Source: Parasitella parasitica NRRL 2501
Taxonomy: Eukaryota; Fungi; Mucoromycota
DNA: 64,000 nt
Direction of reading: 5' to 3'
Assembly (NCBI GenBank): GCA_025201805.1
Contig: MU619394.1
Coordinates: forward strand, 2,777-66,776
Below, one piece after another: positions 48,219-60,312 of this stretch; the first letter of the stretch is position 1; each line of letters starts with the position of its first letter. The notes under the pieces are model-generated. The model saw only the letters and a list, made by a program, of their open reading frames with translations. It was not told the DNA's origin and did not search any database. A program made the position numbers and the translations under genes.

Positions 48219-50783
48219 TTGTTGTTGTTGTTGCTGTGTTAATTTCCCCATAGACAACAAGTCGTAGCTACTGTTCATTACCATGGCGGATGAAGCTGTG
48301 GAGAGTATTGATTGACTAGAGCTGAATGGGGCTGATAGTCTGTGCACCTGACGGCTCCACCACCCATTGTTCATAGAACTATGGGTTGAGCTGTTGCTTA
48401 TAAATGACGTGGATTGTCTTTTATGCAAATCAGATAATCGGTCATTAGAGGTAAACATTTTTGAACGAAAGAGAGGATGTTGCGTGGTTAGAGGTGGTAC
48501 TTGTTTATACTGCTGCTGCTGCTGCTGTTCTTGTTCATGGTCTTGGTCCTGGTCCTGCTGTGGCTGGGCAACCAGAACACTGTTGGATTTCTTGTAGTTT
48601 CTTAACGTCAGCAAACAAACCAGTTGTGAGGCACTAGTTTGATAAAATGTAATGCCGAGTATCTCACAAACCATGCGAACAATTTTGATCATTTCAGACT
48701 GATTGGTTTTGGCCTGTTCGAGGTCAGACTCTTGTTGCTGCTGCATCTGCTGCTGCTGAAGAGTAAGATCAGGTATTGTGTTGGAGAAAAACACCATAGA
48801 AAACCGGTGTGAGAGTCTTCTAGTCTGTCGAGTACGTCTATTTTCTGTGAACGTGGACGAAGATGAAAACCCAGAAACTACAGTCGTCGATGAGCCTGAG
48901 CGAATATTGCATTGGATCGAGAAGTAGCTTATGTGGTCTTTAGCTACTCTCTGGTATAATTGTGAGATGTTTAAGGCGGAGGCAGCTTTTCGGAGAGGTC
49001 TAGGCTGCTGATCTGATATCCTCATCTGTTCCTGATTCATATTTGTTGTGTAGGATTCTGTGCGTTTGAATTTGCGTAGTAGATGGTTTATTGGTGATTT
49101 GATATCCGTAAAACTGACATTGTGTATCTGATGAAGCCGTACTTGTTTCAAAGTGACTAGTAGATTTTGGTTCAAATCCATTACAACTTGATTTTGCGTG
49201 TCTAGCTGGATAGGGTTGTGCGAAGAATGGGGTATTGGCCCAGTGAAGTAGGTTGCTGGATTCGTCAAGTGGTAAATGACAGTTTTGGGCACTTTTCTGC
49301 CCCTTTTTTTTTCGTCCTGAAGATATTGTTTACATTGGCGTTTAGTATTTTGAACACTTGATTGGATTTGGCTGCTATCTCTTGACTTTGCAGACACAGC
49401 GTAAGATTCGGTTACATCATGCGCACTGTAGGGTGGGTTGAATTGACGTTGCTTAAACACATCATCCAGTTCGCCGTAGTTGTTGAACCATGGATCTTGG
49501 CTCAGGAACGTTTTTAAGCTGAGCCGGTCAAATCTATCTATCGAAAGACACTTTTGTATTGTCTGCTGTAATTCGGTGCTTAAGTGGGAGGGGAATTTAT
49601 AGTTGCGATTGACGATAAACTGTTTCAACTCGGATGGTGCTATTATATATACTGTTAGTTTTTCATTAGAAGGCTAAAATTGCTTGGATGTATCTTACTT
49701 TTAGCATGTGAAAATAGCTCTAGACCGGCTGTCATTCTAAACAGCATGATACCCAAACACCATGAATCCACTTCTGGCCCAACATATGGTCTAGCGGTGA
49801 TTATTTCAGGGCTGTAATAGAGCATGGATCCACAGACTGTCTTTAGTCTTTGTAATCCAAATCGGTTCCCTAATCCAAAATCTGCAATTTTCACTTGATG
49901 ATCTCTAGTCAACAGAATATTTGGAGTCTATAGAGGTGGGGGGCGAGAAGATGTATGTTTAATTAGGCACACATGCTTGTACACTATTTGATGCATCACA
50001 TTAATTTACCTTTAAATCTCGGTGAACTACCCATTTGGAGTGGCAGTGGTCTATTGCGGTTACCACCTGACGAAATATATCACGCGCTTCGTCCTCTGGT
50101 ATGATGCTTTTGTCGACTTTTTTCAGGTATTCTTCCAGATTGTAGCCTGGGACATATTCCATAACCAGATACAATGCATCTGCCGTCTCGTATGTCTCGT
50201 ATAGCTGCACAATATTCTCATGGTCTAATACTTCCATCAAAGCAACTTCGCGAACAAGCCTCGACATGACTCTGTATATGTGTGCTCTTTTGTTGATTAC
50301 CTATGTAAAATCATGCATATTACCATAATTAGAAAACGCAACTGAAAACAAATGTATAAATATATATTAAGTGCATACCTTGATGGCTACTTTGGCTCCT
50401 GTCGAGTAATGATGTGCTAGCATGACTTTGCTGAATTTGCCGTCGCCAAGTCGAGAATCAAAAACGTAATCGCCAATACCGTGTAATAAGCTGTCTGAAT
50501 TGAACGGTACCTCTTTAGCATGCCTTTTATTTTTAGTGGCGTTTGAAGGAGAAGAAGAAGGAGCACCGGCAGCACCAGCAGCACCGGTAGTAGCACCAGT
50601 TGTAGTAGTAGTTGTGGTGGTGGCAGTAGCTGTACTAGTAGAATTAGAGGGCTGGGGGTGGCTACTAGATGGTGGTGGTAGTGGTGGCGTTGGTTTTATT
50701 TGTGCATGTTCTTCATCTTTCATTTCAATAGTAGTCGAGCGATTTTTCCACTTGTTTGAGCGGAATGGGTTAATGACAAACAT
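47835..50783 (-). CDS. CAMK-group (AMPK/MARK/Kin1-like) Ser/Thr kinase with Gln-rich tail
   Basis: LGDGKFSKV, VAIKV, HRDLK, IADFGLGN, CGSMLYYSPE and GPEVDSWCLG. KA1-like C-terminus (ALRYSKIKGSSKVFK). Start codon uncertain. Confidence 0.92.
48171..48236 (-). repeat. CAG/CAA trinucleotide repeat encoding 22 Gln
   Basis: (ctg/ttg)22 on the plus strand inside the kinase ORF. Confidence 0.95.
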
Positions 50784-52159
50784 GTTGTGTTGGCTGTTAG
50801 AATTGTGCTGCAATGATACGGTAAAACTAAACAGTTGTAAACAATCCTCTTTCGATTTCTAAGCAGTGTATTCTATAAAAGAAATATTCAAGGAGCAAAA
50901 GAAAGAGAAAAAAAGAAAACAAAAAAAAAGGGAAAGTATTTAAAAAAACTTGTTGTGTGGAACCATCAACACCATTATTAAAAAACTACAATCAAAGCAA
51001 GCAGACAACATGCACATTGTGCTTACGTTAAAATAATATAATGGCACCCACCCTAAATCCGCGGTTATTCAAACGAACGCATTATTGTGGGGTTTTTTAC
51101 AGACACGATATTTGCATTAGCTCTCCCCGTACACTTGATATCTGTGACAATACCAACCCGTAGTATCATGAGATTTGTATTTTTAATTGATTTCATTACA
51201 TTGCAATTATGCATACCAGAAATCATGCTGTTGATAGGGCGTTGATGGCAATATCTTGATCGGGAAAGTAACAAACTACCATATTAGCGACATGTGGTGT
51301 TTCAATTAACGGTTTACACAGTTATTCGTTAACCAAGTTTATAAATAAACGCTAATATGCTAATTAACTTATTGAAAAAAATTAACTGTTGAAGATATGA
51401 ATCAGCAATTCATTGTATTTTCACAATGGCCTTGTCTCTGTATTAAAGATTTCATTGAATAATCTAATGACGATCTACACTACATGCAAAGCGGAAGGTG
51501 AAAACAACAGATCAAGATATACTCTTCAGGCACCAAACTTACCATGTAAAAATACAAAATCTCGAGACTGGAGACGCTCAAAATCCCTAAAAACAACACC
51601 AACCTAGTACTATTACTTGAAATTTTTTGCTTTATTTAATTTTATAATAATAATTGGTTAAAATATTACAGGATTGATGGTGAAAATGACATTCGAACAA
51701 AGAATATCAGTATCTGCGAAAGCAATTACCATTTATGTAGTATGTAAGTCTGGATGCTAAATTGCTCCTCATGATAAAAAAAAAAGGGCCTGAGTGGGAT
51801 TGGTAATAGATTTCTAATGTATCCAGAACCTGGTCATATATGTGCAAGTATCTTGAGTTCGCTTTTCAAGTTGGAGCATGCGACAAGCAGTTAATAATAT
51901 CAGTCCCATGAGTAATTGATAACGCGCTCGTGTGGACACATGTCTCTGTCATATACACATGAACTCGATATTGTGAATAAAACAATTTTCTATGCGGCTT
52001 TCGACTTGATACATACATACAGTAGTGTACAATAAAGATCCAAGTATCGCGAATGTCTTGATTTAGCAATTTCAAGAAATGCGTGCGTAGCACTTGTGTT
52101 TATTTGGAACACAAGTGTGTAACTATTTATTATTGTTGTTATTATTATTATTATCATTA

Positions 52160-54100
52160 TTAAAAACCAAAAAGACCGTTCTTTGATAATGCAGATTCTA
52201 AATGTAACGGTACAGTCTTTTCTGCCTCTTCCTCTCTCTTTTTATCCATCTTTTTAGCTGATAATGCACCAATGTTTTTATAGTATTCTATCAGTCGAGT
52301 ATGTCCACCCGCTTTGGCCAAGTCGTAAGGTGTTGATGACTTGCTACATGTATTGTAGCTGTTGATATCACATCCATATTTTTCGATGAATAATGTCGCT
52401 ACTTCAAGATTACCATGACGCGACGCCCAGTGCAAAGGAGTTTCTCCCTTGATGTCAGATTGGTTAACTGACAATTGACATGTATTGATCAAAAATAAAA
52501 CCAGATCAGTGTGGCCGGAGGCGGACGCATAATGGAGTGCACTTGAGCCTAAGTATTCAATGCGTCAGAATGTGCGCAACCTTTCGAATTTCTCTCTACC
52601 TACCCATGCTATCCACCTGTAAATGGTATTCAGGTTGTGTGCGTGATACGATATACTCGACGGTAGCTTTATGACAGTGTTCTGCTGCTACTTGCAGGGC
52701 AGATTTGTTTTTCACACCAGCACCTCTTGCATTAGGGAGATCAGCGCCTGCCTTCAGCAGCATTTCAAGCCCTGGGAGCCAGCCCATACTTGCGGCCAAA
52801 TAGACAGGAGTTACTTTGTCGTCTTCCACTTGACTCAGTGTCATGGCATTGGGATTTGCGCCGTTTTCCAAGAGGAAACCAAGTGCGTCTTTTTCTTTTT
52901 TCACAACCGCTGCGTGAATCATACCATATCCGTATTTAACTGCTTGGTAACTCGACGATTGTTTCGCTGTATTGGGGGACCCACCGCGACGCATGAAATT
53001 ACTAGCAAGTATTATTGAATACAACATGTTCCGCTCACTACAGTCCATAGGTTTTTACTTTACCTGACTATCTTTTTAAAGTTGGGTTCAGTTTTGCTAC
53101 TTCTAGCTAAATCATCCCAAAGTGTATCCGAGCCACCAAAAGCGATTGGATCCACCTTGCGCTGCTGGATTTCTGAGCTGTTTACAGAGCCCACATGGCT
53201 AGCATTTGTAGCAGATCGAGCGACCCCTGATTGTGGAGTATTGCTGACAACATGGGCTACATTTTTATGTGCAAGTACCGGACTTGCAAGAGGCGAAGTA
53301 GGACTAGGCTGTTGCATATACTGCCAAGATCCTTTCCTTGCTGGTATGTATTTGCCATTGAGTGATTCGCCGTCAGTGGTTGCCGAATAAACACTACCAG
53401 GGCCAGCATTTGAGGTTTTGCTGATTCTGGAAACAGGCGAGTGAGGCGCACCTGAGTTGATCGAAGAAGCATTGGACGAAGAAGAAGCGGTTGAGACGTG
53501 TCTGCTAGCTTTGGTTTCGGCTGGTAATGGAGCAACGGGCAGAGGAGGGGCAAATGAATTAGGGTTTGCTGCTCCATCTGGAACCGAGACAGATGAAGGA
53601 GGCGGGCTGCTAGGATTGTCGCTATAAGCAGGGTTCAAGTGTGAAGGTGAAGTGCATTCCATTGATGGACTTCCAGGTCTTGCAGCGCTAATTACAGCAT
53701 ATTGCTTGGTCAGCTCAACTGCTCGCTCGTATTTTTTCCTGAAGAACTGCATTTCTCTGACAGCCTTCTCGTATCTGTGCTGATAACTGTCCTCTGTTAA
53801 TTGCAATGCATCATTCTCTTGCTCCAAAATTTCTGATCTTTGCTGGAGAGTTGAGATGAGGCCGTCATAGTCGGTCATTAGTTTAGTAATCTCTATTTGG
53901 AAGGCTTCCTTCAATTCACTGTTCGATATGCGCTGCGTCAACTTCACCAGATTGTCTTTGGGAGTGGTGCGTTGATGCTGTTGGTAGTGTGGTTGGGCCA
54001 TTGCATTGAGTTCAGGTATACCTTGGGTTTGGATCCTTTGTATTTGGCAGCTGTTGTCAAATTGATAGCTGATATTGTTTATTGCAGATGGTGTTGTCAT
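52160..54100 (-). CDS. Coiled-coil plus ankyrin-repeat protein, three exons
   Basis: N-terminal coiled coil (RSEILEQENDAL...YEKAVREMQFFRKKYE). Ankyrin repeats TPVYLAA, SALQVAA, SALHYAS and GETPLHWAS. Confidence 0.88.
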
Positions 54101-56874
54101 TTACCAATGAAAACAAGAAACAAAAGGGAAAAGAGAGCAAAGAGTATGAAAAAAGAGAAATAGTAGAATATATAGGGTTTTTCCCAACGGATTACTGCCG
54201 CTGAGATCTTCTTGGGGGCGGGTTAATAAATAAAGGCAATTTTGGATTTTCTATTGTATCCCTTTTTGTGCGTGTTCTCCCCCCCCCCAAAAAAAAAGGC
54301 TAGACGATCCCTGGCGCTAGATTCAAGAAGGCCCTCTAACATAAAAACAATGCAACTTGTGCTTTTAGTTGGCATAAACCCTTTAAATATGACGATATTC
54401 ACTGAAACAAAGAAAATTTATATAAAAAGGGACAGGAGGGAAAACAACAAAGAAATTGATGTGTCTTTACTAAGCTATCCTTCTCCTATCTCAGTCATAT
54501 ATGCCTCGGACTTGAGTCATGTATGCACTATATGAAGTGTTTCGAAATACACCCTTATCAAAGCAGGCTCCCCATTTATTGTTCCTTCAATTTTCACAGT
54601 GTATCTATTTTGATCGGTAAGAATACGCTATGAATGTCGATTTCTCTCAGGACAAGTTCCCTGCAAACATCTTGCTTGTGTCTAAACTGATTTCCGATCA
54701 TATGAACTTGTCATACAGTAATACAAGGAGCGGTGCTCCGTTCTAAATCGCTAATATCATACATGTCTATTTCGTTAGCGCAGAGATCCGCCCATTGTAT
54801 TAAATGCTCCCCGCTTTTCAGATCATTATTACTTTATTAATGAGGAGAACATGGAACAAAGTTTGATGAAGACCTTATACATAGTGGGAGCAATTTGATT
54901 GTGCATTTTCTAATTGCACAAAGTATTAGGAGCCAGCATCACTCTGCAATATTGTCAAGGCGATGTGCTCTCATTTTTTGTTTGTGTACAAAAATACCTT
55001 TATGAAACTGGTGGGCACAAACATTTGCTATTGAGAATGTAAAAGATCAAGTGTATCATATGCTCGCCAAAATGATCAGCTTTATACATTAACAATATGC
55101 AGCAATAATCGCTATTGTAGAATTACACTACATTAGGTAAATATGTCTCTTAATTGACAAACATAACATGCTAAACCCTGATTTGTCTATAATATAGTTT
55201 TCTCGCATAAGTAGACTTACATACACAAAAGGGTAGAGTACAAATAAAAAGAAAGTGTGGTTGAAGGTGTCTATCGTCCCAAATGATAAGCATAACAAAG
55301 CATACAAAGCCCCTTTTACTGCAAAAATGATCTCGAAACCAAACAGTTATACAAGATGAACATAATATTATGATGAATGGAGCGATAGTCTGAAACAGTT
55401 TAAATGTTCAGGTTACAAATCTAAATCTAGTGGCGTTCTGAGGCTACAGGTATAGATAGCATTGTGAATTCAAATTTCCAGAAATTAAATGCAAGGCTTG
55501 GATCGCCAAAGCAAGGGTTCAATACTGGTAATGACATTTGATGGCGATACACTAGTAAATGTGGACAAAACAATCATTAAATATATTACAACAAATCGAT
55601 TCAGCATTCAATGTATATGAGCTTACTCGTTATTTTCAAAGAAACTTTGCGATCATTGCAAATCAATGGAGGGCGCAGTTCTGATCTGCGACACTCTACA
55701 TTTTGCATGAAATCTCCTTTCCAGTAGAACTTTGTAGCGATCATCCAATACTTTTACGTCCCATCAAACTTCAGTGCAACTCAAAATGTAGTAAAATCGA
55801 ATTGATAACCTCCTTTCCTTACTAAGATCCAGTTCTTCGTACAACGACGTTAGCGTGCAGGTGATGCCTGCCATCAACGGTAGCAATTTTACTGTGATTG
55901 TAGTAGGTAAAGCAAAGTCTTCGACTCCCTTCACAGCAACCCTACGTTCTTGCAAATTGCTTACGTGCCTTCTTGCTATTAAGAGATTTACAATGCTCAT
56001 ATCAAATCATGACGAGTAAAGAATTTTGCTGATATCACACTTCCACTTAGTTTGATGATGATGTAAAAGTCTCCTGATTACACATTCAGCAAAATCAATG
56101 GTGCTTACACCGCAAAAACATCAAAGTTTTTTCGATCTATGATATTGTTTGATACAAACAATAAATTACACGGGCAAAAATAAGAGAAGCATGTATTTGA
56201 TTTGAAATGTTGCATTTATCAAAAGTTGCAGAGTGAGGAACAAGGGATTATTCAGGTTATTATAAAAAAAACTTACAAAACTTCATACATAAAGATCAAA
56301 CATTAGATGCCAAATCGTGGTTCTGCTTTAAAGTTTTATCCTTTGGCATTATCGATTCTATTACTTTTCCCCAAGCTTTTCATCTTGCTAGATTCGCCCT
56401 CAAGCCAGCATCACTAGCAAACTAGCAAATTAGACAACGTATCTATTGCTTGATGCCAGACACTTGAGAAGACTCAGCCTTTTAAATTGAGAAACGTTAA
56501 TTATCATCTACAGTAAATACACTGAAAAATACGATATAATTGACGGTATTTTAGATGAAAGAAATCGAAAGTGAAAGATTTCAAAAGATCTCATAGCAAC
56601 TCAACGATATTTATGGTTTAATGCATTGATGATTAGACTCCAGATGTGGCTCCATTTAATAGAGTAACTTCTCATGCAAACTTGTACAAGAAAGTAAACC
56701 TTTTCATTTTCTCTATTTGCACTAAAAATGGGGTTTCTGGATATTTTTATTGGGTACTTGTTGCCTTACATCATATATCAAAGACTTTAAATCGGAGTAA
56801 GCCATGCCAATGCCTAAAAGAAATGCTTCCAATGCCGAAAATTAACGTCATTCCCTTTCTTTTTCGTTACAAAA

Positions 56875-59443
56875 ATGAAAAATTCAGAAAAAGCGGTTAA
56901 AAAAACAACAAACAAGATAGTAAACAGTGCAGACGACTCTGGTACGAAATACTTTGAAGACAAAAACTACAAGGTCGAAAACCCACTGGATGTGGAATAC
57001 GTCAATGAGGTTCATGTAACTGATTTTATGAAGGCACTTGCTTACGATCCCGTCAAAGGGGTTGATACATCAAATGCTGAACATATCTCGGCATGGACAG
57101 ATGCACTTCCAGTGAGAAGTACTTCCAGTAGCACTAGAAATCAAAAAAAACCTTCCAAGAGAAAATTAAGAGAACAAGAAGCAGCAAAACCAAAGGGTAT
57201 ATCTCACTCTCTGCTACAATACCCCTTGATCGTAAGTTTGTTTGACTTTTATCCTTGCATTGCTGTTACTGAATCGGATGTCTATAGCTCATAATCGGCC
57301 TCATCATGTTTGTTGAATTGGTTGCTTATATATCGCTACGTCAAATTGTTCGCATTTGGGAAAATTTGTTTAGTTGGTAAGAGCATCACCATGATGGTAT
57401 CTAGTACAATATACTAATATAAGAAAAATAGGAGAGGCAAAAAAAGGACGCTTCGAAACAACCTACGAGCCTCCAAGACTTACAAGGAATGGTGCGAATC
57501 TGCTGACGCTTTGGACAAATACATGCATAAGGATGAGTGGAAAAAGACAATTCCTTTTGCATATTATGACTATCGTTTGCTACAGAAAGTCGTTAAACAT
57601 TTGAAAATGTACCGTCAAGGTGATACAATTGAGGATACAACCAAGCTGATGGATGTGTTGTATGTATGTTTGAAACAGAATTTTGCTGGAATCGAGAATG
57701 CGAAACTATACAGCAACACTTATTTGGGCACAAAATTTCTGATTGAGGAATACGTTGAAGAAGTTACTCGGTCCATTGAAGCACTTGCGACAAACAAGCA
57801 TATTGCTGACGAAGAGAAAAGACTCGCTTTCAAATTGTATTCCAAGAATTACGGTCGCACGGCATTTTGCTTATCAGGTGGTGCTGGCTTTGGATACTAT
57901 CATTTGGGCGTCATTCGAGCATTGTTGGATCGTGGATTGTTGCCTTCCATCATCACAGGCACATCTGCTGGATCACTTATGGGGGCGATTGTGTGTACTC
58001 GTACAAACGAAGAATTGGGTCAGATTTTGAATCCTGAATTATCCCGCAGAATTCGCATTTGTCAGGATAGCTGGCCGACTAAACTCTTCCGGTTTGTCTC
58101 ACAAGGATCTTTGTTTGATGCTGAACAATGGTGCCGCGAGGCAATGTGGTTTTGTAAAGGCTCACTTACATTTAAAGAAGCCCATGAGAGAACTGGCCGT
58201 ATCTTCAATGTGTCAGTCATCCCGTATGATCCTCATTCTCCACCCAAGCTCTTGAATTACCTCACAGCGCCAGATTGTGTCATTTGGAGCGCCGTGCTTG
58301 CTTCGGCTGCGATCCCTGGTGTAAGTTGTATTATACATTATGCCCACTGTTTGGGGACATTGGGGTTAATGGAACTAAACACATCTCTTGCGGTTTTAGA
58401 TTTTGAATCCCGTGGTTCTTATGCAAAAGAAGCGCAACTCCACGCATTTGATTCCTTACAATTATGGACACAAGTTTAAGGATGGCAGTTTATCCACAGA
58501 TATTCCTACCTTGGCTCTGAACACTCAATTCAATGTCAATTATACTATCGTTAGCCAAGTAAATCCCCATGTACATGTCTTTTTCTACGCTAATCAAGGT
58601 AGTCCTGGAAGACCAGTAACCCATCTACAAGGCCGTGGATGGCGTGGCGGCTTCTTGGCATCTACAATTGAACAAATGTTGAAGCTGGATTTAGCAAAGT
58701 GGCTTAAAGTTCTGAGATCTTTAAAGCTACTACCAAAAGTGCATGATCAAGATTGGAGTTCAGTTTGGTTACAAAAGTTTGACGGCAATGTTACTATATT
58801 GGTAAGCTCATAATCATTGCAATACACACCAAAGACGAAAGCAAGGCTTATTTATTTTCCATACTGCTAAACATTTTTATAGCCTAAATCCGACCTCTCA
58901 GATTGGCTCTACACTGTCGCAGATCCTGACCCTGATAGACTCAAGAAATTGATGAGTATTGGTCAGATTCGAACCTGGCCTAAGGTCTCGATGATTTCCA
59001 ATAGAATGCGTATTGAATCATCTATAGAAAAAGTTCGTAAAATGATCCGCATGTCATCCAGTAAGAACAGCCGTGCTTTTAGTCGATCTAATAGTCAGTA
59101 CGATGCCGAAAACGACAAGTTATCACAATATTTTGATAATCAAGATGCTATAAACAATTGCCTGAATCACAGCGATGTGGGTAGTGGCGATGAATTAGTA
59201 TTCTTAAGCCGACGTCGTGTAAGTATGCCTGATGGCTCCTCCCAGCATTTGCAAGACAAGGATTTCTTCAAGGAGCAAAAGAGAAGACGCAAATTTATGG
59301 CGCAGTTTTTGGATTCATCAAAAGAGCAAGGAAGCAACAGCACTCAGCCTTCTACTCTCTTGTTCGATTCTCATTCAGATGATTCAGACTCTTTTTCTTC
59401 ACCTCCACCAAGTTCTCCAGAAGACTATATTCCCCATCATTAA
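56875..59443 (+). CDS. Patatin-like phospholipase / TAG lipase (Tgl3/4/5-like), multi-exon
   Basis: YGRTAFCLSGGAGFGYYHLGV, GTSAG nucleophile elbow, KFKDGS and FNVNYTIVSQVNPH. Confidence 0.94.
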
Positions 59444-59648
59444 AATCTTCAAATTTTTCGTTTCTATTTTAATTTATTTCTATTTCTTCTTGCATAAACA
59501 TCCATAAATATAGAATAAAGGAAAACAGAACAGTAATGCATACACATGATATTTGAAAAACAAAAACTTCAAAAGCTTGACATCAGATCACATATTAAAA
59601 AATGGGTCACCAATAAAGAAATTTAATGCATGCTTTTTATTTTGCCTC

Positions 59649-59900
59649 TTACAATCCTTTTTCACAATTCAAGCATCTCTGCCAGAACGTCAAAGAATGC
59701 TTTATCCAATTCTCGCAGCCTTCTCTGCTGATGTAAAATGATGCATTGCGAATACGATCAGAGATTTTTTTATTCTGCCTGACAGAAGAGGGATCGTTAT
59801 TTACAACAGTCTTCAGCTTGGACCAAAACTCTTCGATTGGATTCAAAAAAGGAGAATAAGGGGGCAAAAAGAGAAGTTTATAGCCACGTTGATCTGCCAT
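59649..59900 (-). mobile_element. IS630/Tc1-mariner (DDE_3) transposase C-terminal fragment
   Basis: LLFLPPYSPFLNPIEEFWSKLK...WIKHS. The upstream DNAxxH motif was not found, so the fragment is truncated. Confidence 0.88.
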
Positions 59901-60312
59901 GATTATAGACAGGAGATCATGGCAATGTACTTCAATTGAAGATTGAGGATTGTTGTCTAATGATGTGATTTGATACGCTTGTGTAAATTGGAGAATAAAG
60001 TCTCTGTTTCAAATCAAGAAGGTTATTCATGTAATAAGTAACACAGATCTGAGCACCAGGATAAAGTTTAAGGCTCTGTCAAATCAAAGACGTGTAGCCC
60101 TTGCTGTATAACCTCATACCGTACCCTGCTGTCAAGTAGATTGTCACTGTGAATTAGTCTTGTCAATTAGTAATCTAAATAAGTCACCATAAATTTATGT
60201 AGTTGTAAAAAGTATAAATAGCAGATGCAATTTCGATCTTAAATAAAGTATCTTTAGTTTTCGTATCTCGTTAAACTTTGGTTTTTATTATCTTTTTTGA
60301 TCCAACAATTAC

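Noticed and set aside
47977-48597. Poly-Cys ORFs on the plus strand
   Set aside because: Antisense reading of the CAG/CAA polyQ tracts, not metallothionein-like genes.
55660-56000. 78-aa minus-strand ORF as a transposase or gene remnant
   Set aside because: No diagnostic motif or splice context.
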